Positions 51,818 through 61,503 of a stretch of DNA of 64,000 nucleotides are shown one piece after another. The number at the start of each line of letters is the position of its first letter. Position 1 is the first letter of the stretch. This DNA comes from Thermoanaerobaculia bacterium (GTDB lineage Bacteria > Acidobacteriota > Thermoanaerobaculia > UBA5066 > DATFVB01). The stretch is from contig DASTIQ010000283.1 in NCBI GenBank assembly GCA_035717485.1, forward strand, positions 2,846 through 66,845. Reading direction: 5' to 3'. The notes under the pieces are model-generated. The model saw only the letters and a list, made by a program, of their open reading frames with translations. It did no database searches and was not told where the DNA came from. Made by a program: the position numbers and the translations under genes.

Positions 51818-53100
51818 AGCCGCTTTCCCCGGAGGATCTCGACCGGCTCCAGCGCGACGCGTTCGGGTATTTCGCGCGGCACACCCATCCCCAAACGGGG
51901 CTCGTCGCCGATTGCACGCGTCCGGGAGCGCCCTCGAGCATCGCGGCGTGCGGACTCGGTCTCTCCGCCTACCCGATCGCGGTCGAGCGCGGCTACGTCT
52001 CGCGAGCCGTGGCGGCGGAGCGCGCCGCGCGGATGCTCGCCTTCTTCGCGAACGGGAAACAGGGGGAGGGGGAGGAAGCGATCGGAAACCGAGGGTTCTT
52101 CTACCACTTCCTCGACATGGCGAGCGGCCGCCGCGTGTGGGGCTGCGAGGTCTCGACCATCGACAGCTCCTACGTGTTCGCCGGCGCGCTCGCGGCCGCC
52201 CGGTATTTCGACGGCTCCGGCCCGGTCGAGCGTTCGGTGCGCGACGGCGCGGACGCGATCTACCGGCGAGCCGACTGGGAGTGGGCGAGAAACGGCGGAG
52301 CGACGGTGACGCACGGATGGACGCCGGAGCGGGGATTCATCCCGTACCGGTGGGAAGGGTACAGCGAAGCGCTGGTCCTGTACGCTCTCGCGCTCGGGTC
52401 ACCCACGCATCCGGTGCCGCCCGAGAGCTACGAGGCGTGGACGAAGACCTACTGGTGGAGGAACGTCTACGGGATCGACTATCTCCACGCGGGGCCTCTC
52501 TTCATCCACCAGCTTTCGCACGTCTGGGTCGATTTTCGCGGGATCCAGGACGCGTTCATGCGCGAGAAGGAATGCGACTATTTCGAGAACAGCCGCCGCG
52601 CGACGCACGTCCAGCAGCAGTACGCGATCCGGAACCCGCTGAAGTTCCGCGAATACGGGGAACACTGCTGGGGCGTGACGGCCTCGGAGGGACCCGGCCC
52701 CGCCGTCTTCGAGATCGACGGAGTGAAGCGGCGTTTCTTCAGCTATCTCGCCCGGGGAGCCCCGGACGGACCCGACGACGGGACCATCGGTCCCTGGGGC
52801 GCCGTCGCGTCGCTTCCGTTCGCGCCGGAGATCGTCCTGCCCACGATTCGCCACCTGATGAAGCTCGGCGTCGGTTCGACGAGCCCGTACGGCGTCGAGG
52901 CGACGTTCAACCCGACGTTCCCCGATTCGGGGCGCCGAAGCGGCTGGCTCTCTCCCTACAACTTCGGGCTGAACGACGGGCCGATCGTGCTGATGATCGA
53001 AAACTACCGGACCGGTCTGCTCTGGAAGCTGATGCGGGAATGCGAACCGATCGTGCGGGGGCTGAAGGCCGCGGGGTTCCGCAACGGTTGGCTTTCTTAG
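51814..53100 (+). CDS. glucoamylase-like six-hairpin (GH144/DUF3131-type) protein, translationally coupled to the ydiJ-like gene
   Basis: 428 aa. ATGA overlap with the upstream stop; no signal peptide. In-frame part of track ORF 50614..53100. Confidence 0.6.
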   Translation: MKPLSPEDLDRLQRDAFGYFARHTHPQTGLVADCTRPGAPSSIAACGLGLSAYPIAVERGYVSRAVAAERAARMLAFFANGKQGEGEEAIGNRGFFYHFLDMASGRRVWGCEVSTIDSSYVFAGALAAARYFDGSGPVERSVRDGADAIYRRADWEWARNGGATVTHGWTPERGFIPYRWEGYSEALVLYALALGSPTHPVPPESYEAWTKTYWWRNVYGIDYLHAGPLFIHQLSHVWVDFRGIQDAFMREKECDYFENSRRATHVQQQYAIRNPLKFREYGEHCWGVTASEGPGPAVFEIDGVKRRFFSYLARGAPDGPDDGTIGPWGAVASLPFAPEIVLPTIRHLMKLGVGSTSPYGVEATFNPTFPDSGRRSGWLSPYNFGLNDGPIVLMIENYRTGLLWKLMRECEPIVRGLKAAGFRNGWLS

Positions 53101-53159
53101 GCGGGCGCGGCGACGTAAAGAGCCGGCCGGGCGCGTGCCGCTCCGTCGGACAGGGCGGG

Positions 53160-53483
53160 CTAATCCGTGTCCGCGTCGAAGACCTCGACGCCGATCTTCC
53201 GGGTCGGGTGGGCGGCGGCCTTCGCCGTCGCCGAAGACCAGTAATCCCGCTCGCGTCGGGCCTGGGCGACCGCCAGGTCCCACGCGGCCTTCGGAGTCTT
53301 GCCGGACGCCTCGCGGGCGTGCTTCTCGGAATCGTCGAGATGTCGCCTCCAGGCGTTGTAGGCGGCCTGGTGGACGGCGCTCCAGCGCGCGGTTCGCTTG
53401 AGCTCCTCGCGAAACTCATCCAGGGCCTTCCGGGTCCGGTGCGTCAGTTCTGTCAATGCTTTAGTTCGGGGCGACCCAGCCAT
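53160..53483 (-). CDS. small helical hypothetical protein
   Basis: About 107 aa from MAGSPRTKALTELTHRTRKALDEFREELKR...; no clear ribosome-binding site; start uncertain. Confidence 0.4.
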   Translation of the reverse strand: MAGSPRTKALTELTHRTRKALDEFREELKRTARWSAVHQAAYNAWRRHLDDSEKHAREASGKTPKAAWDLAVAQARRERDYWSSATAKAAAHPTRKIGVEVFDADTD

Positions 53484-53581
53484 GACCGGATTGTAAGCCA
53501 ATCGGGTAGTAGCGAAACTATGGCTATAGGTAGTGGTGGTACCATTGTTGCATTGTGAGCCTGCCCGAAGGGGAGGAACCA

Positions 53582-56500
53582 ATGCAGACGAATTCGGGCG
53601 CCTACCGGACCCTGGCGATCGGGTTGCTCGCCGCGATTCTGGCGACGACCGCCGCTTTCGCGGGATCGCCATCCTCGGGCACGCTTTCTCCGACCGTCAC
53701 GACGCTGACCTATACCGGGGGACCATTCGACTACGACAACGACTCGGCCCCGATCGGGGGCGTCACGCCGACGTGTGCCGACCCGGCACTTCCTTGCGAT
53801 TCTTATGCGCTGAAGGTGTCGATTCCGGCGACCGACGGAACGTCCTACGTCGTGACCGTCTCGATCGGCTGGGCCGACGCCTCGTCCGACTTCGACATGA
53901 CGGTTCTCGACGCGAACGGAAACGAAGTGGCGCAATCGGCCTCTGCCGCGGACCCGGAGGTCGTGAGCTTCTCCGCGATTCCGCGGGTCGATACGGACTA
54001 CACCGTCCTCGTCGTCCCCTACGCGGTCAACCACGGCGCCGGCGGCGACACGTTCACGGGAACGATCACGCTCACCGTCAATTCGACGCCTCCGCCGCTT
54101 CCCTCCCCGCCGCCGGTTCCGGGCGTTCCCCGGTATCAGACCTACACGCCCGCCTCCGGGAGCGGCCTCGGTCTGAGCGCCGGCGAGCCGTCGATCGGCG
54201 CCGACTGGAAGACCGGGAAGTTCATGTTCCAGTCCGACGTGCAGACTCTGCGCGTGGGGTTCGATCGCTCCTGTCCCTCCTTTGCGAAATCGCTCTGGGA
54301 GAACAAGTCCTCTCCGACGTCGCAGGAGGATTCCGATCCGATCCTCTTCACCGATCCCCGGACCGGCCGCACCTGGGAGGGAATGCTGCTCCTCCTGACC
54401 GGTCGAAACGAGGGCGCGTTCTCCGACGACGACGGAGATCTCTGGATTCCGAGCCAGGGGAGCGCGATCGACTCCGGGATCGATCACGAGACGATCGGCG
54501 GGGGGCCCTTCGCCCCGCCCCTAACCCGGGACCCGAACGGCGCCGCCTATCCGGATGCCGTGTATTACTGCTCCCAGGACCTCGAAACCGCGATGTGCGC
54601 GGTCTCGGCCGACGGCGGCGCGACGTTCGGGCCGGCCGTTCCGATCTACACCTTCGAGGACTGCATCGGGATCCACGGGCACGTGAAGGTCGCTCCGGAC
54701 GGAACGGTCTACGTGCCCAACCGCAGCTGCAACGCCCCTCAGGCGGCCGTCTATTCGACCGACAACGGCGCGACGTGGACGGTCTCTCCCGTGCCCGACA
54801 GCACCAGCGGCGATTCCGATCCTTCGATCGGGATCGGCGCGAACGGAACGATCTACTTCGCCTACCAGGCCGGCAACGGCCACTCGATGATCGCCGTCGG
54901 ACATCGCACCGCTTCCGGCATCACGTGGTCGCCGAGCCAGGACGTGGGAGCCTCCTTCGCGATCCGGAACACCGCCTTCCCGGCCGTCATCGCCGGCGAC
55001 GACGATCGCGCCGCCGATGCCTTTCTCGGGACCCCCGCCGCCGGAGACTTCCAGAGCCAGAGCTTCCGCGGCATCTGGCACCTCTACGTCGCGCACACTT
55101 ACGACGGCGGACAGACGTGGACGACCGTCGACGCGACCCCCGACGATCCCGTCCAGCGGGGCTGCATCTGGCTCGGGGGCGGCGCGGTGACCTGCCGCAA
55201 CCTCCTCGACTTCAACGACGCGACGGTCGATCGGGAAGGACGCGTCGCCGTCGCCTATGCCGACGGCTGCACGGGGCCTTGCGTCGACGCGCCGTTCTCC
55301 GCGACGGGGAATGCCTTCACGGCGCTCGCGTCGATCGCGATCCAGTCGGGCGGCAGGCGCCTGTTCCACCAGTTCGATCCCGCCGAGCCCGTCGCTCCCG
55401 GGAATCCGGCCGTGACCGCGACGCGGGACGCTTCCGGCGTTCACGTCGAATGGACCGAGCCCGACAGCGGCGGATCGCCGATCACCGGGTACAAGCTGTA
55501 TCGCCGGGCCGACGGCCAGTCGCAGCCGACGCTCCTCGCGACGACGACGGCGCAGAGATATCTCGATCGGGCCGCGACGCCCGGCGTGAACTACTTCTAC
55601 AGCGTCGCGACCGACAACTCGGTCGGAGAGAGCTCCTCCTGCGGTCTCGCCGCCAGCGAGGTCGGCGTGACCGACGTCGTCGGCTCGCCGTGCGCGCTTC
55701 CGGGCGTCCGCGTCGTCGCGGATGCGAGCGGCGACCAGACGGGCGCGCCGGCGAACGCCGACGTCGACATCCAGTCGGTCTCGGTCGCCGAGCCGTACGA
55801 TTCCTCGGGCGCGGAGAACCTCGTCTTCACGATGAAGGTCGCCGATCTCTCGACGCTCGTTCCGGGCCGGGCCTGGCGGATCGTCTGGAACTATCCCGCT
55901 CCGCCGCCGATCCCGAACTTCCCCTTCGACGGGATCTACTACGTCGGCATGAACACGGACGACACGGGCGCCGTGAGCTTCGAGTACGGCACGGTGAGCC
56001 TCGGGACGATCGGACTCGTTCTCGCCAACCCGGTTCCGAACCCGATCGGACCGGTCGACGGGAAGTACTTCGCCGACGGCACGATCCGGATCACCGTTCC
56101 GCGAATGCAGGTCGGGGATCCGAATCCGGGCGACCTGCTCGGCGGGCTCTACGGACGGGTCTTCCCGTACGACAGCGCTCAGAAGAACTTCCGTTCGACG
56201 ACGGCGCTCGATTCCACCCCCCTCGGGACGTATGCCGTCGTCGGCAACGGCGCGTGCGCTCCGAAGGTCACGACCACCTGCCTGGAGGACGACGACGCGC
56301 GGATCGCGTATTCGAACGGATGGCACCTCGAGCAGGCCTCGGGCGCGTCGGCCGGGCACTACCGGCTCCACCTCGGCAGCAACCCGAACGACGGCGTGAG
56401 CCTGACGTTCCAGGTTCCGTCCGGGCAGACGGGAACACTGGCCTACTCCTACGCAACGAGCACGAAAGGAGGCTCGGCGCTCGTGTACGTGGACGGCATC

Positions 56501-56983
56501 GCGAAGGGAACGGTGAGCTTCGCCGGACCGCAGGGCGACGTGCGGAGCCCGCAGTTCGGCGCGTCGCTCACCTTCGACGGACTCGCCGCCGGGACGCACA
56601 CGTTCGAGCTCCGCTCGATCAACGGGGCCGCGTACGTCGACGGTTTCTGTCTCGCCTCCGCTTCTTCGTCGGCGCAGCCGGCGGCCGGTCCGGGATCGAC
56701 GACGAATGCGACCGGAACGATCTCGGCGGCCCAGCAGCTGATCAGCACGGTATCTCTTCCGGCGAAGACGACGGCGGTCGCTCTGGCGGCCGACGCGTCC
56801 GCTCCGATCCAGCTCGTCCTCATGAGCTCGACCGGGACCGTGCTCGCGACGGCGTCGAACACCTCGGGTCCCGCCGTGATCGAGGCTCCCGCCTCGGCGG
56901 GGACGTATCTCGTCAAGACCGTGAACGTCAGCGCCGGCCCGGTCACCGTCTGGACCGCGACGACCCCGTACGTGTCCCGGTAG
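53582..56983 (+). CDS. large secreted BNR/Asp-box (sialidase-like beta-propeller) protein with an FN3 domain and C-terminal beta-sandwich domains
   Basis: 1133 aa. GGGGAGGAA ribosome-binding site and signal peptide. Asp-boxes VSADGGATFG, YSTDNGATWT, HTYDGGQTWT. FN3 domain ...VHVEWTEPDSGGSPITGYKLYRR...NYFYSVATDN. Confidence 0.8.
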   Translation: MQTNSGAYRTLAIGLLAAILATTAAFAGSPSSGTLSPTVTTLTYTGGPFDYDNDSAPIGGVTPTCADPALPCDSYALKVSIPATDGTSYVVTVSIGWADASSDFDMTVLDANGNEVAQSASAADPEVVSFSAIPRVDTDYTVLVVPYAVNHGAGGDTFTGTITLTVNSTPPPLPSPPPVPGVPRYQTYTPASGSGLGLSAGEPSIGADWKTGKFMFQSDVQTLRVGFDRSCPSFAKSLWENKSSPTSQEDSDPILFTDPRTGRTWEGMLLLLTGRNEGAFSDDDGDLWIPSQGSAIDSGIDHETIGGGPFAPPLTRDPNGAAYPDAVYYCSQDLETAMCAVSADGGATFGPAVPIYTFEDCIGIHGHVKVAPDGTVYVPNRSCNAPQAAVYSTDNGATWTVSPVPDSTSGDSDPSIGIGANGTIYFAYQAGNGHSMIAVGHRTASGITWSPSQDVGASFAIRNTAFPAVIAGDDDRAADAFLGTPAAGDFQSQSFRGIWHLYVAHTYDGGQTWTTVDATPDDPVQRGCIWLGGGAVTCRNLLDFNDATVDREGRVAVAYADGCTGPCVDAPFSATGNAFTALASIAIQSGGRRLFHQFDPAEPVAPGNPAVTATRDASGVHVEWTEPDSGGSPITGYKLYRRADGQSQPTLLATTTAQRYLDRAATPGVNYFYSVATDNSVGESSSCGLAASEVGVTDVVGSPCALPGVRVVADASGDQTGAPANADVDIQSVSVAEPYDSSGAENLVFTMKVADLSTLVPGRAWRIVWNYPAPPPIPNFPFDGIYYVGMNTDDTGAVSFEYGTVSLGTIGLVLANPVPNPIGPVDGKYFADGTIRITVPRMQVGDPNPGDLLGGLYGRVFPYDSAQKNFRSTTALDSTPLGTYAVVGNGACAPKVTTTCLEDDDARIAYSNGWHLEQASGASAGHYRLHLGSNPNDGVSLTFQVPSGQTGTLAYSYATSTKGGSALVYVDGIAKGTVSFAGPQGDVRSPQFGASLTFDGLAAGTHTFELRSINGAAYVDGFCLASASSSAQPAAGPGSTTNATGTISAAQQLISTVSLPAKTTAVALAADASAPIQLVLMSSTGTVLATASNTSGPAVIEAPASAGTYLVKTVNVSAGPVTVWTATTPYVSR

Positions 56984-57003
56984 TCGCTGGATTTTCGATT
57001 CGC

Positions 57004-57027
57004 GGGCGCCGCCGGCGTGCGGCGCCC
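57004..57027 (+). terminator. GC hairpin terminator
   Basis: GGGCGCCGC-cggcgt-GCGGCGCCC followed by GCCTTTCCC, 20 nt after the stop. Confidence 0.45.
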
Positions 57028-57078
57028 GCCTTTCCCGCCGCCCGGTGCGCCGCGCGGCGGCTTCGAGGGAGGGGGACC

Positions 57079-57651
57079 ATGCAGCTGTCCGTCTTCGCGG
57101 TCGTGCTCGCCGCGGCCGCGCCGCCGACTGCTCCCGGGGCGTGCTCCCTCGTCGATCGGGACGTGGTCGCCGCCGCGCAGGGAACGAGAGTCGTCTCGAC
57201 CAAGGAGAGCCGCGCGAAGGGCCCCCGGGTGGATCGGCGCGCCTGCTATTACCAGGCCGATCCGCTGGCCCGCTCCGTGAGCCTCGAGTGGACGTCCGAC
57301 TCCGCGCCGGGCGGCGCCCGGGCGCGGTGGCAGGAGACGTTCCACGGCGAAGGAGGTCGCGAGAGAGGAAAAGAGCGGGGGGAAGAGGAGCGCCCGAAGA
57401 CGCCCCCGGCGCCCGTTCCGGGAGTCGGAGACGAGGCGTTCTGGGTCGGCAATCCCGCGAGCGGGGCGCTCTATGCGCTCGCCGGGAGCTCGTTCGTCCG
57501 CGTGAGCGTCGGCGGCCCGGGCACGCCCGACGAGAAGCGCGAACGCGCGCGGAAGATCGCGCTCCGCGCGGTCGCGGCGATCCCGGACGCCGAGCGGGGC
57601 ACGAAGGAGCCCTCCCGGCCCGATCATGCGTCTCCGCACGATTTGAGGTAG
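57079..57651 (+). CDS. secreted or lipoprotein hypothetical
   Basis: 190 aa. GGGAGGGGGA ribosome-binding site. N-terminus MQLSVFAVVLAAAAPPTAPGAC; charged low-complexity middle. Confidence 0.55.
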   Translation: MQLSVFAVVLAAAAPPTAPGACSLVDRDVVAAAQGTRVVSTKESRAKGPRVDRRACYYQADPLARSVSLEWTSDSAPGGARARWQETFHGEGGRERGKERGEEERPKTPPAPVPGVGDEAFWVGNPASGALYALAGSSFVRVSVGGPGTPDEKRERARKIALRAVAAIPDAERGTKEPSRPDHASPHDLR

Positions 57652-57663
57652 CGTCGCGGCGCG

Positions 57664-58641
57664 ATGAACGCGCCCGTTCCGAAAACCGCGGTGCCCGGAG
57701 CGCCGCGCGCCGCCGCGTTCGTCGCCGCCGCGGCCGCGCTCGTCTTCTGCCTGACGCCCTGGGCCTCTCCTCCGCTGGCCCTGGCGCTCGGCGGCGTGCT
57801 CGCGTTGACGCTCGAGAACCCCCTCCCGGCGGCGTCGCGCACGGCGGCTCGATCCCTCCTGCAGATCTCGGTCGTTCTCCTCGGTTTCAGCATGGACCTG
57901 CCGACGGTCCTGCGCGCGGGCGCGAGCGGGATGATTTTCGCGGCGGCGACGATCGCCGCGACGATGGGACTCGGCCTTCTCGTGCGTCGCCTGCTCGCGG
58001 TCGATCGCACGACGTCCCTCCTCGTCTCGGCGGGAACCGCCATCTGCGGCGGCTCGGCGATCGCGGCGGTCGGGTCGGTGATCGGCGCGGCCGAGAGCGA
58101 GATGAGCGTCGCGATCGGGACGGTCTTCCTCCTGAACGGCGCGGCGCTCTACCTCTTTCCGCCGCTCGGACATCTCCTGCACCTCACGCAACAGCAGTTC
58201 GGAACGTGGGCGGGGGTGGCGATCCACGACATCTCTTCGGTCGTCGGCGCGAGCTCCGTGTACGGCCTCGCGGCGCTCCAGCGCGCGACCGCGGTCAAGC
58301 TCTCGCGCGCGCTGTGGATCGTGCCGCTGACGATGGCGGCCGCGGCATTCCACCGGCGGCGCGACCCGGGCGCCCGACGGGCGCGAGTTCCGATACCGTG
58401 GTTCATCGGCCTCTTCGTCGCGGCGTCGCTCGTGCGGAGCTTCTCCGCGCCGATTGCCGCCGCGAGCCCGAAGATCGCCTCGGTCGCGCGGATCGGAATG
58501 ACGGTGACCCTCTTCCTGATCGGTGCCGGGCTGTCGAGGCGCGCCCTTCGGGCGGTGGGGTGGCGGACGCTCGTGCAGGGGATCCTTCTCTGGATCGCGA
58601 TCGCGGCCGGCTCGCTCCTCGTCGTGATGCGGAGCGTCTGA
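57664..58641 (+). CDS. YeiH/UPF0324-family putative sulfate exporter membrane protein
   Basis: 325 aa, multi-TM. Confidence 0.7.
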   Translation: MNAPVPKTAVPGAPRAAAFVAAAAALVFCLTPWASPPLALALGGVLALTLENPLPAASRTAARSLLQISVVLLGFSMDLPTVLRAGASGMIFAAATIAATMGLGLLVRRLLAVDRTTSLLVSAGTAICGGSAIAAVGSVIGAAESEMSVAIGTVFLLNGAALYLFPPLGHLLHLTQQQFGTWAGVAIHDISSVVGASSVYGLAALQRATAVKLSRALWIVPLTMAAAAFHRRRDPGARRARVPIPWFIGLFVAASLVRSFSAPIAAASPKIASVARIGMTVTLFLIGAGLSRRALRAVGWRTLVQGILLWIAIAAGSLLVVMRSV

Positions 58642-58654
58642 AGGCGACCCGCGC

Positions 58655-60388
58655 CTACGAAGAGATCTTCGAAAGTCGCTGCAGGAACCGCTCCGGCGGT
58701 TCGAAACCGACGAGACGCGTCCCCGGGATTTCCCGCCCCTGCGCGTCCAGGAAGATGACCGTCGGCATCCCCTGGACGTTGAACTTGGTCGACAGCGCGA
58801 TCGCTTCGGGCGAGTCCTGCCGCGTCATGTCGGCCTTGAAGAGGGCCGTTCCCGCGAGCGCCCGCCGCACCCGGGGGTCGGCGAAGGTCTCGTCCTCGAG
58901 CTCGTGGCACGGCGCGCACCAATCGGCGGAGAAGTCGATCATCGCCGGACGCGTCGCCTGAGCGATCCGCGAAGCATCGTAGGGGACGAACGGAAGGGGC
59001 TGACCCCCCTGAGGGCGCGCGAAGAACGCGGCCGCGCCGAGGAAGACGATCGCCGCGCTGCCCACGGCCGCCCTTGCCATGGGCGGGGCCTTGGAGCGAA
59101 GCGCGGAGAACAGGAGATAGAGGGCTCCCAGGCCGAGCACGGCGGGAACGGCCCACCGGCGCGCCGCGTCCGGGAGGAGGAATCTTCCGAAATACGCGGC
59201 CATGGCGAGCAGCACGAATCCGAAGACCTTCTTGATCTCGACCATCCAGGCGCCGGCGCGAGGAAGCTTCGTGAGGGCGCCGGAGAAAGACGCGAGGAAG
59301 AGGTAGGGGAGGCCGAGCCCCACCGAGAGGACGAAGAACATGACGAAACCGAGAACCGGATCGCGCCGGGCCGCGACGAACGTGAGGAGGCCGAGAACGA
59401 ACGGGCCGAGGCAGGGCGCGGCGACGACTCCGACGAGGAGGCCCATCCCGAATGCGCCGCCGAAACCCTTCTTCGCGCCGGCGCGGTCCATCACGAAGCG
59501 CGGCGGATTGATGTCGTAGAGCCCGAACATCGAGAGCGACAGGCCGACGAAGACCAGTGCGATGCCGCCGAGCACCCAGGGGGACTGGAGCGCGGAGCCG
59601 AAGAGCTTCCCGGACAAGGCGGCGACGACGCCGAGCGTCGAGTACGTGAGGGCCATTCCGAGCACGTAGGTCGCGGCGAGGCCCACGGGCTTCCCGGTCT
59701 TTCCCCGCGATTGCCCCCCGAAGAAGCCGATCGTGATCGGGATGATCGGGTAGACGCAGGGCGTGAGATTCAGGGCGAGGCCGCCCAGGAACAGGACGAG
59801 GAATCCGACGAGCCAGCCGCGTCGGGAAAGCACCGCCCCGAAGTCTCCGGCCGCGGCCGTGCCGGACCCGGCGCCGGGACCGGCGTCGGTGGCCGCGGCG
59901 GCGGCGCCGGAGCCTCCCGAGACCGCGACCTCGGCGTGGAACGGGACGCTCGCGGGAGCGAGGCACTGCTGGTCGTTGCACGGCTGGAAGGCGAGAGAGC
60001 CCTGGATGGAGTGCGCTCCGGCCGCGACGGACCGCGGCGCGGTCCCGCTCGCGGTGATCGAGAACTTTCCCGCGTAGACCGCGAGCGGCTTCTCCGAGAA
60101 CGAGAACTTGACCGTCTGCGCCGCGGGGTAGATGAAATCCGAGAACGTCAGGCCGGCGGCGTCCGTGACCTTCGCTTCCGTCGGAATCAGGTAGTCCTCC
60201 GACGGCTTGTGGGCGTTGACGTGCCATCCCGGCGCGAGCTCCGCGTCGATCTTCAGCGTGATGGCGCCGCCGGGAGCGACGGCGGAGGGAGACGCCGACG
60301 CCGTCACCTTCAGGAGCGACGCCGACCGCTGCCCCCACCCGGAGGCCGGGACGAGCAGGAGAAGCGCCGCGAGGACCTTCTTCGTCAT
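58655..60388 (-). CDS. dsbD: thiol:disulfide interchange protein DsbD
   Basis: 577 aa with a signal peptide. N-terminal DsbD-alpha domain (CNDQQC), CcdA-like TM core (LTPCVYP, AAPCLGPF), C-terminal thioredoxin domain with WCAPC. Confidence 0.88.
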   Translation of the reverse strand: MTKKVLAALLLLVPASGWGQRSASLLKVTASASPSAVAPGGAITLKIDAELAPGWHVNAHKPSEDYLIPTEAKVTDAAGLTFSDFIYPAAQTVKFSFSEKPLAVYAGKFSITASGTAPRSVAAGAHSIQGSLAFQPCNDQQCLAPASVPFHAEVAVSGGSGAAAAATDAGPGAGSGTAAAGDFGAVLSRRGWLVGFLVLFLGGLALNLTPCVYPIIPITIGFFGGQSRGKTGKPVGLAATYVLGMALTYSTLGVVAALSGKLFGSALQSPWVLGGIALVFVGLSLSMFGLYDINPPRFVMDRAGAKKGFGGAFGMGLLVGVVAAPCLGPFVLGLLTFVAARRDPVLGFVMFFVLSVGLGLPYLFLASFSGALTKLPRAGAWMVEIKKVFGFVLLAMAAYFGRFLLPDAARRWAVPAVLGLGALYLLFSALRSKAPPMARAAVGSAAIVFLGAAAFFARPQGGQPLPFVPYDASRIAQATRPAMIDFSADWCAPCHELEDETFADPRVRRALAGTALFKADMTRQDSPEAIALSTKFNVQGMPTVIFLDAQGREIPGTRLVGFEPPERFLQRLSKISS

Positions 60389-61299
60389 CGCGGCGCCGGC
60401 CCCTCGGCGGGGATCGAGGTCAGCAGCTGTCGCGCGTTGTCGGCGAGCTTGCTCTCGGGATGTTCGCGAAGGAATGCGGAGATCGTCCTCCGCGCTTCCT
60501 CGCGGTGCCCCTCGGCGAGCTCGACCGCGCCGCGCGAGAGCTCGGCCTCCTCCCGCGCCGCCGGATTCCGGGAAGTCTTGAGGACCTCGTCGAGCGTCGC
60601 CCGCGCCTCGTCGAACCGTTTCATGCGGTACTGCGCCGTCGCCAGCGAGGTCAGCGCGATGTCGCGGGTCGCCGGATCCGCGGTCTTCGACCGGCCCGCC
60701 CGCTCGAGCCGCGGCGCCGCTTCCTCCGGGGCCATGCGGCGGAGCAGCTCCATGCCCAGGGCGAGCTCTTCCTTCGGATCATCGCGGAACTCCGGCTCGT
60801 GGATCATCTTCACGTGAAGCTTGTCCCATTCCGCCATCGAGCTGCGGACGTGACGGTAGAACTCGGTGGCGTTGTCGAACCCGTTGACGCGGAAGATGAG
60901 CACGCCCCCCGGAGAGAGGATCAGGACCGCGGGCGATTCGTTGATTCCGTAGCGCTCGGCGAGCGGCGCGGCTTCCGCGCTCCCGGGAGCGAGCCGCACG
61001 GGGACCATCCGGAGGAGCATCATCTCGAAATTCACCGCCGGGTAGAGGAGGCCCTGCATCCGGGCGCAGTTCCCGCACTTCTCCTCGGAGAATTCAACGT
61101 ACACGACCCGCCCTTCCCGATCGGCCTTCTCCCGCGCCTTCGCGAAGGTGTCTTCCCACTCCGCTTTTCCGGGACCGGAGGGAAGCCGTTCGGAGGTGGC
61201 CGGCGGGACCGGAGCGGACGACGGCGGAGCCTCGGTCGCGGCGGCCAGGCCCGCGGCGGCGAGGAGCAGGATGGCGGCGACGGTCGTCGATCGGATCAC
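60385..61299 (-). CDS. periplasmic thioredoxin-fold (CxxC) protein with a C-terminal TPR-like helical domain
   Basis: About 304 aa. GTG start preceded by GGAGGA. Signal peptide; CGNC in the thioredoxin-like N-domain. The stop overlaps the dsbD ATG (ATGA). Confidence 0.65.
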   Translation of the reverse strand: MIRSTTVAAILLLAAAGLAAATEAPPSSAPVPPATSERLPSGPGKAEWEDTFAKAREKADREGRVVYVEFSEEKCGNCARMQGLLYPAVNFEMMLLRMVPVRLAPGSAEAAPLAERYGINESPAVLILSPGGVLIFRVNGFDNATEFYRHVRSSMAEWDKLHVKMIHEPEFRDDPKEELALGMELLRRMAPEEAAPRLERAGRSKTADPATRDIALTSLATAQYRMKRFDEARATLDEVLKTSRNPAAREEAELSRGAVELAEGHREEARRTISAFLREHPESKLADNARQLLTSIPAEGPAPR

Positions 61300-61427
61300 G
61301 AAGTCCTCCGTGGCCCGGAGAACGCGGCGGCAATGGGCGGAATTCCCCATTCGCGAAGCATAGCGAAATCGCGACGGCTTCATTGACGCCGCAGGACCCC
61401 TCCTGCTATTTTCGCGTGCTCCGACCT

Positions 61428-61503
61428 GCCCAGGTAGCTCAGTCGGTAGAGCGAGGGACTGAAAATCCCTGCGTCGGCGGTTCAATTCCGTCCCTGGGCA
61501 CCA
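61428..61503 (+). tRNA. tRNA-Phe (anticodon GAA)
   Basis: GCCCAGGTAGCTCAGTCGGTAGAGCGAGGGACTGAAAATCCCTGCGTCGGCGGTTCAATTCCGTCCCTGGGCACCA. Full cloverleaf, anticodon loop CTGAAAA, encoded CCA; near-identical to bacterial tRNA-Phe. Confidence 0.95.
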
